Made by a program: the position numbers and the translations under genes. Below the pieces are notes generated by a model that did no database searches, was not told the origin of the DNA, and saw only the letters and a program-made list of their open reading frames with translations. From Welwitschia mirabilis (taxonomy: Eukaryota), in assembly GCA_051453625.1 (NCBI GenBank), contig JBOZIK010000001.1:8073780-8122721 (forward strand): 48,942 bases of DNA, given 5' to 3'. Positions 1-13,300 of this stretch are shown here, piece by piece (position 1 is the stretch's first letter; the number at the start of each line of letters is the position of its first letter).

Positions 1-420
1 GCTCATACTTAGAAAGAAGAAAAGAGACTTTAGAGATTCATGATGAGGTAATCCCTCATCCTAACTATTAAAAAAGTCTAAATATAGAATGAAAAAAATT
101 TAGATCAAATGACAGATCTCCAAATGATGAAAAGATTATTCAAATAATGAAAGATGAATATGATTTATTCTTGATGTAGGCTTTGATTTCAAAGCCTTAA
201 GGACTTGGTACATTCATGTTAATAACAAATGGTATTGATAAATCTCATTGTGCTATATGATTTAAATGTTTAATTCTTAGTCTTCTTAGGATCAAGCTTC
301 AACTAATTATACTAACCTTGGCCTCATGTTGTAAGTTAATTCAATGATTTGTGCATTTTTTAGTAATCTTTTTTTTTAAGATTCTACTACACATTGACTT
401 CTATGATAGATTATAATCTA

Positions 421-1847
421 TGGAACATGTGTCCTAGCTATAAAAGTAAAGGTAGTAGCTGTAAATAAGAAATTAAGGTGTTCTATGATAATATAGTTAA
501 TCTTAATTATCATTCTGTCATGATAATTGCAAAGGCAAGTTAGAGATTATGAGAACTAATAAAGCTTTCAAGGTGGATTTGATTAGAAATAGGGTCTAGA
601 AAGTAATTAAAGATTAAATTCACTTAATCAATTATAACTTCTTGATAATTAGGAACAACTATTTATAAGACAATCTATCATGTAAAATTTAACTAAGTAA
701 AAGATATTTTACTAAGTATAGCTTAGGTTCATAGACAAGTAATAAATTATTCATTGCAGAATTTAAATGTAATGAAAATACAAGTAATAGAAATGGTATG
801 TCTTATAATGGAATGTAGGAAACACTAGAATGACATAAAACCATAAACTAACATATGAATGATATAAATTCTAAGAAAACACTAAAGTAATAATTCTAAG
901 AAAATAAATGAAATAAAATTTAGAATGTGTTATTGCATAATCAATAATATTAATTAAATTAGAGATGGAAAATTAAAGAAAATCTAATCACTAATCAAAT
1001 TTAAATTACCAATGGTGCAAACATTGATAAGAATATTAAATTAACATAAATTAAGATCTAGGATAAAATCATAACTAATGCTATATGAACTAGTCATTTG
1101 TTCATAACCATGGAGAAAGAAGAGAAGCTTAGAACCTTATGATACAATAATCACTCCTTATAGCCATTAGAATTTTAGATCTAAAATGACATAGTTCCAA
1201 TGGATGTATGAAGACAATGCTTTAATGATATGAGACTTCAAGCTAGATGATCAATCAACTAATGAATAACAAATGAAGGATGTCTAATTCTTAAGGTAGA
1301 TTGTGCTTTTGTATCCTTTATTAGAAATAAAGATATTCATTATTTCATCTTTGTTATTAACACATGGACAGCAACAAACCTACTTGGATAGAAAAACCTA
1401 CTTGGGTATTAGGATAAAAGTTGGTTCTTATTGATAGAAATTCTATTAATTAATAGATAAGACATGGTTAATGAAATTAGAAATTCTATTAATTAATAGA
1501 TAAGACATGGTTAATAATAATTTCATTATAAATATTGTATTTATAATCTTAAGTATATATTAGTTTACTAATGTTTGGGATTAAATAGATAAAAATTTAA
1601 GGGTAAAAGATCCCTTTTTTCTTAAAAATCCCATAGCATTAGTCATGTTAGGCTATGAAAGCAGAAAATCTTAGAGTAACTTGTGATGAAGATTTTAAAC
1701 ATTAGAACTTTTAAATAATACTTTAGAACTTATAAGAATAAAACTTAGTTGATGATAATTCAATGATAAATGTGAAACTTATATCCTTAGGATTTTTTAT
1801 TTGCTAATGTTAAAAGAGTTAAATATGTAAAAACTCAAGTGTAAATA
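421..1847 (-). repeat. Probable 3' LTR of element A (left boundary uncertain)
   Basis: Ends ...tgtaaata at 1847, followed by cattccctaacc...ttgctactcattgagtaa. This resembles the Athila PPT-side motif also seen beside the LTRs ending at 8057 and 41863. No partner LTR in the window. Confidence 0.5.
1435..1515. repeat. 43-bp tandem duplication
   Basis: tagaaattctattaattaatagataagacatggttaat starts at 1435 and again at 1478. Confidence 0.9.
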
Positions 1848-2599
1848 CATTCCCTAACCATTAATTTGCTACTCATTGAGTAACATTATGTAAAAATGAG
1901 TTATGAAAGTTACTTAATATTTTAAAATTTTTCAATGGACACTGTTCATGATTCAAATAAATGAATGAATAATCTTAAAATCCTATGAGTGACATTGATA
2001 TAAATTTTGTATGTTCAAGTAGATTTGGTTAATGCATAAAATTACAAAGTAAAAAAACTTTTCTAACTTTTAATATTTCATATCATTTGAAATATTTTGG
2101 TTTTTCATCTTTTAAAAATATTACTAAGTGATAAAAATGTGTGATCAAGGTCAAAGTTACTTCTTGATTTTGAAAAACTATATTTTATTACAGGCCGCTT
2201 TTGTTCCTAGAAGAGGAAAAAATTTTAAAGGTATCCTTAATGATAAAATAATTTAGAAAGAAAAATTCATATGAAAGAGTCATTTTTGAAAAATAAATCA
2301 CACATATATATTTTGATTATATAACTTTAAAAAACATTACATATAAAGGAAGCAGAAGATGGAAAAGAAGGAAAAAATAGAGAAGTACAATCAAGAAGAA
2401 GATGATCATCTAAAAGGGATCCTTCTACAAGAGAAGCTTTCTCCGGTAGTTAACATTTTTTAAAGATTATTAAATCCTATTATGATTTCTTTCTTAATAA
2501 TTAGTAGTCTTTTCTAAAGGATTTAAACCAAATTCTTATTCTTTCTTAAAACCATTTTAAGCACCTCTCTTTCATTGTAGGATGAACTTATAGTGGGTG

Positions 2600-3500
2600 A
2601 TCTTTTTCTCTGTTTTTATTGTTACTGTTCTTCTTCTTATTGTTATTCTTTAACCTTTTATTCTCGTGAAGGTTCAACTTGTCTTTTGGGGCCTAATCAA
2701 GCTTGTTATGTTTCTTTACTCTTGTGATTTATTTTATAGTAATAAAATCTATGCCCTTTTTATACCATCCTTCTATGTTCAGGGCCTCACTATCACTAAT
2801 AAATTTCAAAATGTCACTAATTAAAGTAGGGAGAGAGAGGTTCCCTATGTTTCCTTTTGCTTTCTTTATTAAATTAAAGGGGAATTTACATATATTGAAT
2901 ATTTTTACATTTTGAATAAGGGAAATAAGAACCAAAAAAAGAATTAAAACATGCATTTGTTACATATGAAGAAGGGCATACATTCCTAATGATAAATTTA
3001 AAGAGATCTAGATAATTGTTAAATACAAATTTACATGATAAAGCTCCTTCTCTAGTGGAAGCTTATTTTACATATAGTTTATTACATAGCCTAGCTAAGT
3101 CTCTATCTAGAGCGAATGAATAAACATTCAGATTTGAAAGAGAAATTACTCTAGAAATTAAATAAAGAGTGATGGAAATGAAGATTTCTTTTATCTTAAT
3201 AGAAATATTCCAAGGTTATTCCTCAACTTTTTCAAATTCTTTAGAATTTTATTCTTTTTGTAGTATGAACATCTCCTTATAGAACTTCTTTTCTTTACTT
3301 GGAAATTATGTTTTATCCATTTGTTGGAGTATAGCTTCCCATTCTTTTTTTTCAATCTTCTCAAGGTATATCATAGTGTATTACTATATCAAATTGTAAT
3401 ATGCTCCCTTTACAATGAACTTTCTAGAGCTTTTAAACATTATGCGTGAAGCTTCTAGCAAACCTTTTTAAAATTGGCCATAATGCTAATGAAATAGACA
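2600..3500 (-). pseudogene. Athila extra ('env-like'/plant transposon protein) ORF remnant downstream of pol
   Basis: Hand translation gives EWEAILQQMDKT*FPSKEKKFYKEM (cf. GW..L....YP.LVREFY), LFKFIIRNVCPSSY (cf. F...NL.P.SH) and GNLSLPTLISDIL (cf. LPFPSLIT.L; ORF 2729-2956). Stops and frameshifts present. Confidence 0.6.
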
Positions 3501-5269
3501 ATGACATTGGTTAGTGTGAAGTAGCAAAAATCAATAAGATTTTTCTTTAGCATGTAAGGTAAAAGCTTGATTTAAAAATAGCCATCTATATTAGAGATAT
3601 TCTATTTTTATCAATAAGACAGTGAATCTTATTGTTAATTAGTTAACAATGAATTATTGAGATTTGTTGTGACATAGATTAAGTCTTTAAAAAATTGTAT
3701 TTCGATGGTAATACTTAATCTTATGTTGGGATTTAGGATCCTTATTTCTATAATAAGACATTGAAATTTAAAAAATAGGTCAGAATCCTAAGTTGAAAAG
3801 ATGTAAAAATTTTGTTTTTAACTTTTCATTTTTTACTTAAGATTTTACCTTAATTATTTTATTTACTCAAAAAATTGGTAATTACCCATAGAATTTAAAG
3901 ACTGATCATAGGACTTAATGGTTTATTAAATTTAGCTCTATTTATTCACTCTAAATCATTAAAATAAATTACTCATAATGTTTTCAATCAAGTATGGTTT
4001 CTAATTGAATTTATTCCTATGTAAAGGACTTTATTTTATAAAATCATAAATTAAAGATAACAAGATTGTAATTTAATTACCTTAGTGAATATAGGTAACT
4101 TTATTTTTTGAAAATTTATCTTNNNNNNNNNNNNNNNNNNNNNNNNNNNNNNNNNNNNNNNNNNNNNNNNNNNNNNNNNNNNNNNNNNNNNNNNNNNNNN
4201 NNNNNNNNNNNNNNNNNNNNNNTAATTATCTTAATGAATATAGGTAACTTTATTTTTTGAAAATTTATCTTAATTAATGTGTCGGACTTATTATGATAAA
4301 ATTTAATCATGATTCTTGATAAATATTTCATGTAATGTATTCTTATTATTTGGTTGCATCAAACCCCTAACATGAAAGAATGATTTCCTTAGAGGAAAAA
4401 GGTTTTCCCAAACATACATTCAACTTTGTTATAATATTATATCAAATATTTATGCCTTGCACTCCTATCTAGATGGCTTATAAATAATTAATCATTAGGT
4501 TTTTAATTACTAAGTCAATTACATATATCAAATTCAAGCCAAAAGATAAGCATGACATGAATGTGGTGATAAAGAGATTATCCAAATATGACTCAATTAA
4601 TTCATATATAAATGCTTAGATTTTTCATCTCCATATACTATTCTATCATTACTTGTATCAACATAATGATTTTTAGAGCTTCCAATTTTGTGAAACTAAT
4701 ATAACTAGCACACTTCCATACTAGAAAACTAGTTTTTACAAGTGGTGTTTAGCAGAGACTTGTAGACATATATCCTTCCCATAATAAATTTTTTTGGTAC
4801 GGGGGTTTTTAATGATAAATATTTTTATAAGATTTATAATTCTGAATTATTCTTCTTATTCATTAGTAATTACATTAGAATCTAGTATAAAACACCTATA
4901 ATGCATAATATAAAGTGATGAATAATTGAAATACTTACTTAGGAGTTTCTCATCATAATCAGTTACTAATCCAAAAAGTGGTAGAAGTACTTAAAATATA
5001 AATCTCTTATATATTAAAATATTTAAATCATGTACTTTTCATAGATTTAGGTTTTAGACAAGTTAAACTTTACATTATCTAAATACATCATGACATTAAA
5101 TTTAACTTTACTTACTTTATTTCTTTTTCCCCTCTTTTATTACTTACTTACTTACGTACTTACTTTTTCATTTTATTTTTTTACCTTTTTTTTATTTTAG
5201 ACTTTCTTTATTCCATTTGCCTATGATTCTAGGTTAAGGAGATGGGGTCAAAGTCATGGTTCATGGGAA

Positions 5270-6925
5270 TAGATTTATGAAAATATTTAAGTTTTTAACT
5301 ATTAACTTTGAATAAATAATTATCCTTAAGACTTGTAATCTTAACATCACTTTGAGGAAATAATTCTAAAACTAAAAATAAACTAGTCCACTTAGATATA
5401 AATTTTCTAATAAATTTGTGTAGTTTTAAATCATATATTAAAACTAAGTCACTTAGTTCAAAACATTTTTCTAAGGACATGTTTATCATAATAGGATTTT
5501 ATTATTTTTATTTAGGTTCAATAATTTTAATAAACTTTATTTCTATTCTAGTCGAATTCATTTAGGTTGAATTTCCTATGTTCTAAAGATTTATTAAGAT
5601 CTTGATTAAGCTATTTAATGGCTTAGAAAGCTTTATGTTAAATTTCTATAGAAAGGTAATAAACTTTTTGAAGAATAACTTGGTAGGGTGATGTGTTAGT
5701 AGAGTTATATAAATAGTCTAATATGCCTAAATAGTACTCTTAATATGGAGGATCAATATTTTCGATTAGATTTTACCAATGTATACAAAATTCTTTTCAA
5801 ATCATGATTTGTAATGTTTACTTAATCATTAGTTTGTGGATGGTAAGAAGTTGTACCTTTAAAAAATATGGAGATTATTCATTATCCAATTGTAAAAACA
5901 AGTTCTTCCATCACTAGTAATAGCTTTAAGAGGGCCAAAATGCATAAAATATGTTCTTTTAAGAATTTAAAAATCTACCAACCACTTTGGCATCATTTAT
6001 TCTAGTTTGAAGGGCTTTCCACAACCTAATCTGTAGAAACTAATATATATAACTATTTAAAATATGGATCAAATGGCCTAATTATGTATTCAAACACCAT
6101 ATAGTTCAATCTCAAGAATATGAGAAAAAGACATCATATATTTCTTTCCAATCCTACTACAACATTAACATTCATTATAATATTTACAATACTTAGAGGC
6201 ATCTTTACTAAGAATTTCCTTATAAAGTCTAAATTGAAGGGTTTTATGATAGGTGTTTTAGTAGAAAAGTAACCTACACACACTTCATTATGTGTTAACT
6301 TTAAGAAATTTAATGTTTCAGATTATGGGATGCACTTATGAATAGGTAAAGATCATCCCAAATGCATTTTCTTTACATGATGCAAGAATTACTTTTGATC
6401 TTGAGCATTATAGCAATTAGGAAGTCTATGATAATAAGATAATTAGCTATGTCAACATGCTATGGTTTCTTTTGCAAAGCTAGAATATGCTTATCAGGAC
6501 ATGTGTCAATTATAAGTATTAATTCTAAAGTAGAAAGTAAGTATGATTTAATATAAGATAAACAATCCATAAATATATTTTTTGCTTCTGGCTAATATTT
6601 AATGTCAAGCTTGAACTCTTATAGAAGTAAGGCCCATCTCATCAATTTGTCTTTGGATTCTTTCTTATCTGATAAATATTTGAGAGTAGAGTGATTAATA
6701 AAAATAATGTTTTTTCTAACTATAAGATATGATTTCAATTTTTAAAGATAAAAAATATAACTAATAACCATTTTTTATTATTTAATACTTTAACTAAGTA
6801 GCTCATAATGTTTTGCTTACATAGTAAATGGCATGTGATTTACAATCTTTTCTTTTTCTTGAAGCTACTCCTACAACATACTCACTTGCATTAAAAGGAA
6901 GTAACCAATTAGAAGGTTACGACAT
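5270..6925 (-). pseudogene. Element A pol, RNaseH + integrase (degenerate)
   Basis: LPFNASEYVVGVA (~6900), HAIYYVSKTL (~6830), P*HVDIANYL (~6460), WDDLYLF (~6355), NDAKVV (~5990), AITSDGRTCFYN (~5900), and the C-terminal ORF 5295-5489 ...KFISKWTSLF...FKVNS matching KLKSRWSGPF...FKVNGQRLK. Confidence 0.9.
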
Positions 6926-8057
6926 TGATGGAATCTCTTTCAATCTTGTTTAATGTTATATTTTCATCTTCAAGTGTGTTTCTAGAGTATAGTATCTAGT
7001 GAAGTTGAGAGGTTCAAAATAAGAAGAATAGAGGAGGAGGGAGAGAGAAGAGAGAACGGAGTTGATCTATTTCACAAAATGGATTAATGCAATAATTAAA
7101 AAGGAAACAATAATGCAAGGATATGTAAGTTACTATATTACTATAATTGGTAGTTACTCAACTAGTTTCAAGATATGTATTAGTACTTTAATCATGAAAA
7201 CCCGTAGATAATACCACAATATATAAGTTGAGAATCATGACAAGAAAGTCTTTATTAAGTTACAAATTAGAGATGCACAACTCACATTGAGTTGTTTAAT
7301 ACAAGGTTCTCACCTTAACTCATAATAAAATGTAAGGGATATCGTTTTAATTATTTATTTTTTAATGGCTTTCTTTATCATTAAAAATTTTTATCACACT
7401 TTTTAGTAATCCAAAAGCAAAATAAGCAATAAGATTCCCTTGCTTCTATAGCTTTCAAATTGGTTATGAACTTGTAAGAGTGATTACCAAATCACTATTA
7501 TGATCACTACTTGCATCATTGAGTAACCTTTAAGTAGTAATGTTTTTGGTTTATAACTGTGGAAATTGTTGCTGGGATGGTGAGTGGGCAATTACTAAGT
7601 GACAATCATCTTAATATATTAGTTTGACTATCATCTCTTAAAGTATCATTGGGTGATATTTAAGTACTGATGATCTCCAAATATAAGTACAGAACTCATC
7701 ATTAAATGTATCACTGAGCAGTAGTATAGGGCAACGATCTTAGACTATAAGTATGGAATGCATCACTAGTATCATTGCTAAGTGACTTATAAGTAGTAAT
7801 ACTCTTAGCTTATTAGTGTGGTTACTACTTCTTCACTCTAGCAACGATGTTGATTTAGGATTATCACTTGATTTATTACTGGCTGATGAATCTACTGTAA
7901 GTGATAACAAAATTATCTAATTCTTGGCGAATTTCAAAATTGAAGTCTTCATATTTAAAATTCATCGAGGGTAGCAAAATTGATCTTTCAAGCTTCCTCA
8001 GAACACTTAATTATTATAATTATTAAGTAGCATAGGTATCATTTTAAATGTTTATCA
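6926..8057 (-). repeat. 3' LTR of element B
   Basis: tgatgg...tttatca (TG..CA), colinear with 31916-33523. Followed by tatcctctccactc, which reads as the purine-rich PPT-like gagtggagaggata on the minus strand. Confidence 0.85.
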
Positions 8058-8349
8058 TATCCTCTCCACTCGGTCCTTGGTATGTCTTAACAAGTTAAGA
8101 CAATTAAATATAAATGCGATCTATGAATAAGATAAAAATAAATTGAAGTAATAGAAGAGGATAAGACCATTGCAAAAATTAATCCTTGCATTAAAGTTCT
8201 TTATAAGGAATAAATTACATTACCATAGTTAAAATCATACATTAAGTTAGAGGAGGAGCAAAAGTAGAGAGGGAACATAAGAGGAGTTTCGTGTAATGGG
8301 GTCACGAACACAAATTCTGATTCTTCCTCCTTAAATGCTGGTTTAGTAG

Positions 8350-8983
8350 CATCCAAATTTGAAGGAGTAATTTCCCTTTATTCAAAATAGTGGTCAACTA
8401 TTATTGCATGACATGAAATAGTGATCGTTGCTATTGATAGATGATGTGTGTGGCCTTGGCAGGTCCTCCTTGCATATCATTCATGCATTATGTAGTATTT
8501 AAACATACAATAGTGAGTTATAAATCAAAGAACTCTTACATATCTATTATTTCATGACCAATGTAGACACAAAGATCCATCATCTACTTATCAAAATGCT
8601 ATCATAGGTTTTCTATATGATTCATCAATATATGATACTCTTTGAAATGGAGTGGTAATGAAGGTGGATGTGTTAACATAGCTAGACCAACTATGGAGGT
8701 AGAAGGACCTACTGTAGTTGAAGAAGATGAAGGCATGAATTCAGGACCTAATCTTGAACCTTTACCAATTCCAATTTTCTTTAGAATATTCATGGTCATT
8801 ATGGAACTAGCAAGGAATCCCACATTTGTTGGGAGAGGTACAAATTAGTGGGTTAACCTATTGATGAGATATAGGTAATGAAGGAGTGTCAGGTTTTCCT
8901 CCTCAGTAAACTCAATAATGCATGATCAAAAGAGGCTGGAAAATTATATTTAGTATTTTTCTTTAAGGCTACTAAGATCATGA
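8350..8983 (-). pseudogene. Possible C-terminal remnant of element B's extra ORF
   Basis: Less AT-rich block with ORF 8602-8823 (Ser/Pro-rich linker then helical segment), located between integrase and 3' LTR. Motif similarity is weak. Confidence 0.35.
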
Positions 8984-10310
8984 TGTCAGCAGAAGCCTAG
9001 TGAGTCTAGTTGATTTTTACTGAATTGAAGATGTTTTTGATGTAAAAGATATCTCAGAGAAGTACAAATGTCTTTTGACCTATTATACATTCTTCTTGAA
9101 TTCAAATAATTGACTGAAGACTTCTTTAATGTATTATACATATATCCTGAAAGTTTTAATCTCTGTAATCAAATTTTAGTTCTATAAAGACATTGTTAAA
9201 ATCTATAGTTATCTATCCTTTTAATGACTTAAAAACTGAGTTTTGTTAAGACATCTTTGAGGCTNNNNNNNNNNNNNNNNNNNNNNNNNNNNNNNNNNNN
9301 NNNNNNNNNNNNNNNNNNNNNNNNNNNNNNNNNNNNNNNNNNNNNNNNNNNNNNNNNNNNNNNNCAAATTTTAGATCTATAAAGACATCTTTAAAACCTA
9401 TAGTCACCTATCCTTTCAATGACTTAAAAACTGAGTTTTGTTAAGACATATTTAAGGCTGAAAGATATTTATTTCATGTATCATAGATGTCTACTAATTG
9501 AAAAATGTCTATCTTACAAGTGAGTTTTGAAACAAGATCTGAAAAACACTGAAATGAAGTTCCAATGGCAAAATTTGAAGGCTAACTCATCTACCATAAT
9601 ATTTAAGTCAAAGAAAACACTTTAAGAAGTGAATTTTAAGCCTAAAAAATGTAATTGTTACAATTATCTTTCTTCAAATATGAAAATATTTTTCTCATTT
9701 GATAAAACGATATAATAACACCTTGAGATGATCAAATATTTATATAAAGCTTCAAAGATCATTAATCTTTGATCAGATCTTTCAAATTCAATTTGAAATC
9801 TTTCTTACTTATTGAAAAAACCTTTTGTTTTAACTCAATTACAAGATCTTTCTCATGATCTTTCTTCTAATCTTTGAATCTTTAAGAGTTTTAAACAAAA
9901 CATGATCTGAACATGGAGAATGAAGCTATTCAAGCATAAAGCAACTAAAACAATGAATAATATTAACTTATCTCAATATTTTAAGCATAAAATAAGGCAT
10001 ATATAAAAGATAAATTATTAAGGAAATTTTAAGCATAGGATTTGACATGAATTCTATAGCATTTCATTCTTCTCTTCATGAGGCATCGGTCTTCATCAAT
10101 TTCATTACATCAGTCAAGTATTTTATAAAGAGGGGTTAGAGTTATCCCTTTTTTCTAATCCATGTGGAATACAATTAATTTACAAGACACATTAATATTT
10201 CTTTTAGCATAAAAGTTTTATATGCTTATAACTCTTTAGACAACAACATTAAGAAATGACCATGATATAAGGCATATGATGTGTTCACATTAGACCACAT
10301 TACATTGACA
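8984..10310 (-). repeat. Copia 3' LTR
   Basis: Begins tgtcagcagaagcc, ends acattgaca (5-bp terminal inverted repeat). Adjacent atccattctttgg is a degenerate PPT. Contains a gap and a short duplicated overlap. Confidence 0.92.
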
Positions 10311-10399
10311 ATCCATTCTTTGGTACAATGTGAAAATTAGATGCTGGAGATACAAAGACCATATTTGATTTGAAGATGAAATAATCCATATTACATATT

Positions 10400-13300
10400 G
10401 ACAGCTTTTTTATCAACATATCAGCAACTCATTCATTTGTAGAAACATGCTTGGGCATAATTACTCCCTCCTTCACCTTGTCTTTGATGAAATAATATTT
10501 GATTTCAATGTGTTTACTCTTCTTGTAAAGAGTGTATTCTTGTGAAATCATTATGGCTAACATATTATCAATAAACATATCAATCAATCTTTTTTATTTC
10601 ACTTGCAATTGTTTCAAATAATTTCAAAATCTATAACACATGTTAAAGGGAGTTAGCCATGGAGATATATTTAGCTTTAATGGATGAAAGAGAGATACAT
10701 GTTTGTTTCTTTAACTTCCAATAAACTGGATTTCTTTCATAAAATATAATTGTACTAGAAGTGGATTTTCTATATTTAATGGATCCACCCCATTTAGCGT
10801 CATAATAAGAATGAATATCTCCATCTTCTTTTTCAAATTTAAGCCCAAGTGTAAGTGTGACAAGTACATACCTCATGAGATGTTTTAAAGCAACAAGATT
10901 GCTTTCTCTCAGTTTAGCCATATATCTGGATATAAATGATGTTGNNNNNNNNNNNNNNNNNNNNNNNNNNNNNNNNNNNNNNNNNNNNNNNNNNNNNNNN
11001 NNNNNNNNNNNNNNNNNNNNNNNNNNNNNNNNNNNNNNNNNNNNNNNNNNNNNNNNNNNNNNNNNNNNNNNNNNNNNNNNNNNNNNNNNNNNNNNNNNNN
11101 NNNNNNNNNNNNNNNNNATGCAAATTTTAATTGGTGTATTATCATGGAGTCTTTGACTTGATCAACTTTAAGGCCCAAAAAGTATTTAAGAATATCAAGA
11201 TCTTTCCTTTAAAATGTAGCTTGCATTTTCATCTTAAAGTTTTCAATAATTTTCTCACATGTAGCAAAGAATACTATGTCATCAACATAAATGAATATCA
11301 TAATGAAAGATCATTTGAGTGATTGAAATACAAAGTGGCTCTGAAATACATGATTTGTAATCTTTCTAATTAAGTAATCATTAATTCTTCTAAACCAAGC
11401 TCTTGGAGCTTTGTTAAGGTCATAAAGAGCTTTTTTTAAGTTTGCGTACCTAGTTTTCTTAATCTTTAACAACAAAACCTTTAGGATAAAAAATGTATAC
11501 TTCTTCTTCTAGATTACCATTTAAAAATGCAATTTCTACATTCATTTAATGCAAAAAATAACCCCCATAAACTGCCAAAGAAATCATTAGTTTTATGGTT
11601 TCAAACCTGCAACTGGTACAAAAATTTCTTCATAATTAATGTGCTTCTTTTGCTTATAGCCTCTCACAACTAGCCTTGCTTTGTAACCTTTGACTTTGCA
11701 TTTGTCATTCATTTTTGTTTTAAAGTTCTATTTTGACTCAATGGTCTTCTTTTTCTTTGGCTTGTTCATAAATTCTCATGTGCCATTTTTTGTATTGCAT
11801 TCATTTCTTTTCCCATTGCTTTTCTCAAAATTGGAGATTGAAGAACTTCATCAACTAATTTTGGTTCATCAATTAATGCTGAATATGCTACATGAGATGT
11901 GCTCATACTTCTTGTAAATCTCCTCTAAAAATTTGTATATAATATTTAAGAAGGTGGATTATCTTTGATAATTCTTGATGGCATAGATGAACAAGAAGTA
12001 ATGGATGAATCACTAACATTATCTTCTTCATAAGATAAGTGTGCTAAACAAAATTTTGATTCATTAAATTTGACATCTTTAAAAATAAAATATTTTTCGC
12101 TAATGGGTTCAAAACATCTATACCCATAAGATTTTACATCATATCCAACAAAAATACACTTCCTACTTCTAGCATCAAGTTTAGATGTTAATTGATTGAG
12201 TATGTGTACCCAACAAATACAATAAAAATTTTTCAAATGAGACAAATTTGGAACTTTTTTGAATGTCAGCTCATATGGAGTTTTACCTTAGTTTTATGAA
12301 GTGACCATCTAGTTAGGAAGATATGTGGCTGTAGTAATAGCCTAACCCAATATGAATTTGGTAATGTCCTTTGTATTAATAAGCAACATGTCATCTCTTA
12401 TATTACACCATTTTCTCTTCTAGCTATTCCATTGCTTTATGGAGAATAACCACATGCGATATGCTTTGTAATGCCATAATCATCACAAATTGATTGAACT
12501 TATTATGTACAAATTTACTTCCTTTATCATTACTAATGGTCTTTATCTTTGGTTTGAATTGATTATTAGCATATGATTTAAAATATTTAAAAGTAGATAA
12601 TGCTTCATCTTTAAAATGGAGGAGTAAGATCAAGTATACCTATAAAAATCATCAATAATTACCATAAAATATTTTAAGTCCTTCATTGTGCATGTATCCA
12701 TTGAACTAACCAAATCTATGTGCACCAACTCAAGTGACATAATTCTTCTCTGCATAATAGTATTATGTGGATTAGCCTTTTGCTTAGTCTTCATGCATGT
12801 TTGACAAATTCTAGTAGGTATTTCTCGACATTTAATGCCAAAAACACTTTGATATTTTAGCATCTTTATAATATTTATGTAGGAAGAATGTCCTAATCTC
12901 ATGTGCCATAGAATTGAAGGATTTTTAATCACAACTAACATTGACATAAGTTCTAAACTTTTACTTGATGCTTCATCTCCCATGGAAACCAATGCATCAA
13001 TTTGATGTGGCATTCTCTGAAGAGTAGTAAAGAAGCCTGTATCATCCTTTATGGTAAAATCATTCATATTAAATATAACTTTGTTGTCTCTTTTAACCAT
13101 CCATCCAACCAAAAGTAATAAATTCAAAAGCTTGGTTACATGAAAGATATCATGAATAGTTATCCACCTTTCAACTTAGAGATTTATTTTGACATTTCAA
13201 TGCCTTATACTTTGTAAAAGCACTATCACCAACTTTGATAGATCCGAAATTAGTATACCTATAATTGACAAATAACTTCTTATTTGGAGTCATATGATTT

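Noticed and set aside
4600..4800. Possible copia RNaseH fragment (WK...EY-like)
   Set aside because: Needs several frameshifts to fit; its position between integrase and extra ORF fits Athila non-coding DNA better.
7590..7850. Regularly spaced repeats as a CRISPR-like array
   Set aside because: Units are degenerate along their whole length with no repeat/unique-spacer structure, lie inside an LTR and have no cas genes nearby.
8642..8848. Plus-strand 68-aa ORF in a less AT-rich patch
   Set aside because: Likely the antisense shadow of the minus-strand TE ORF remnant; no recognisable domain.
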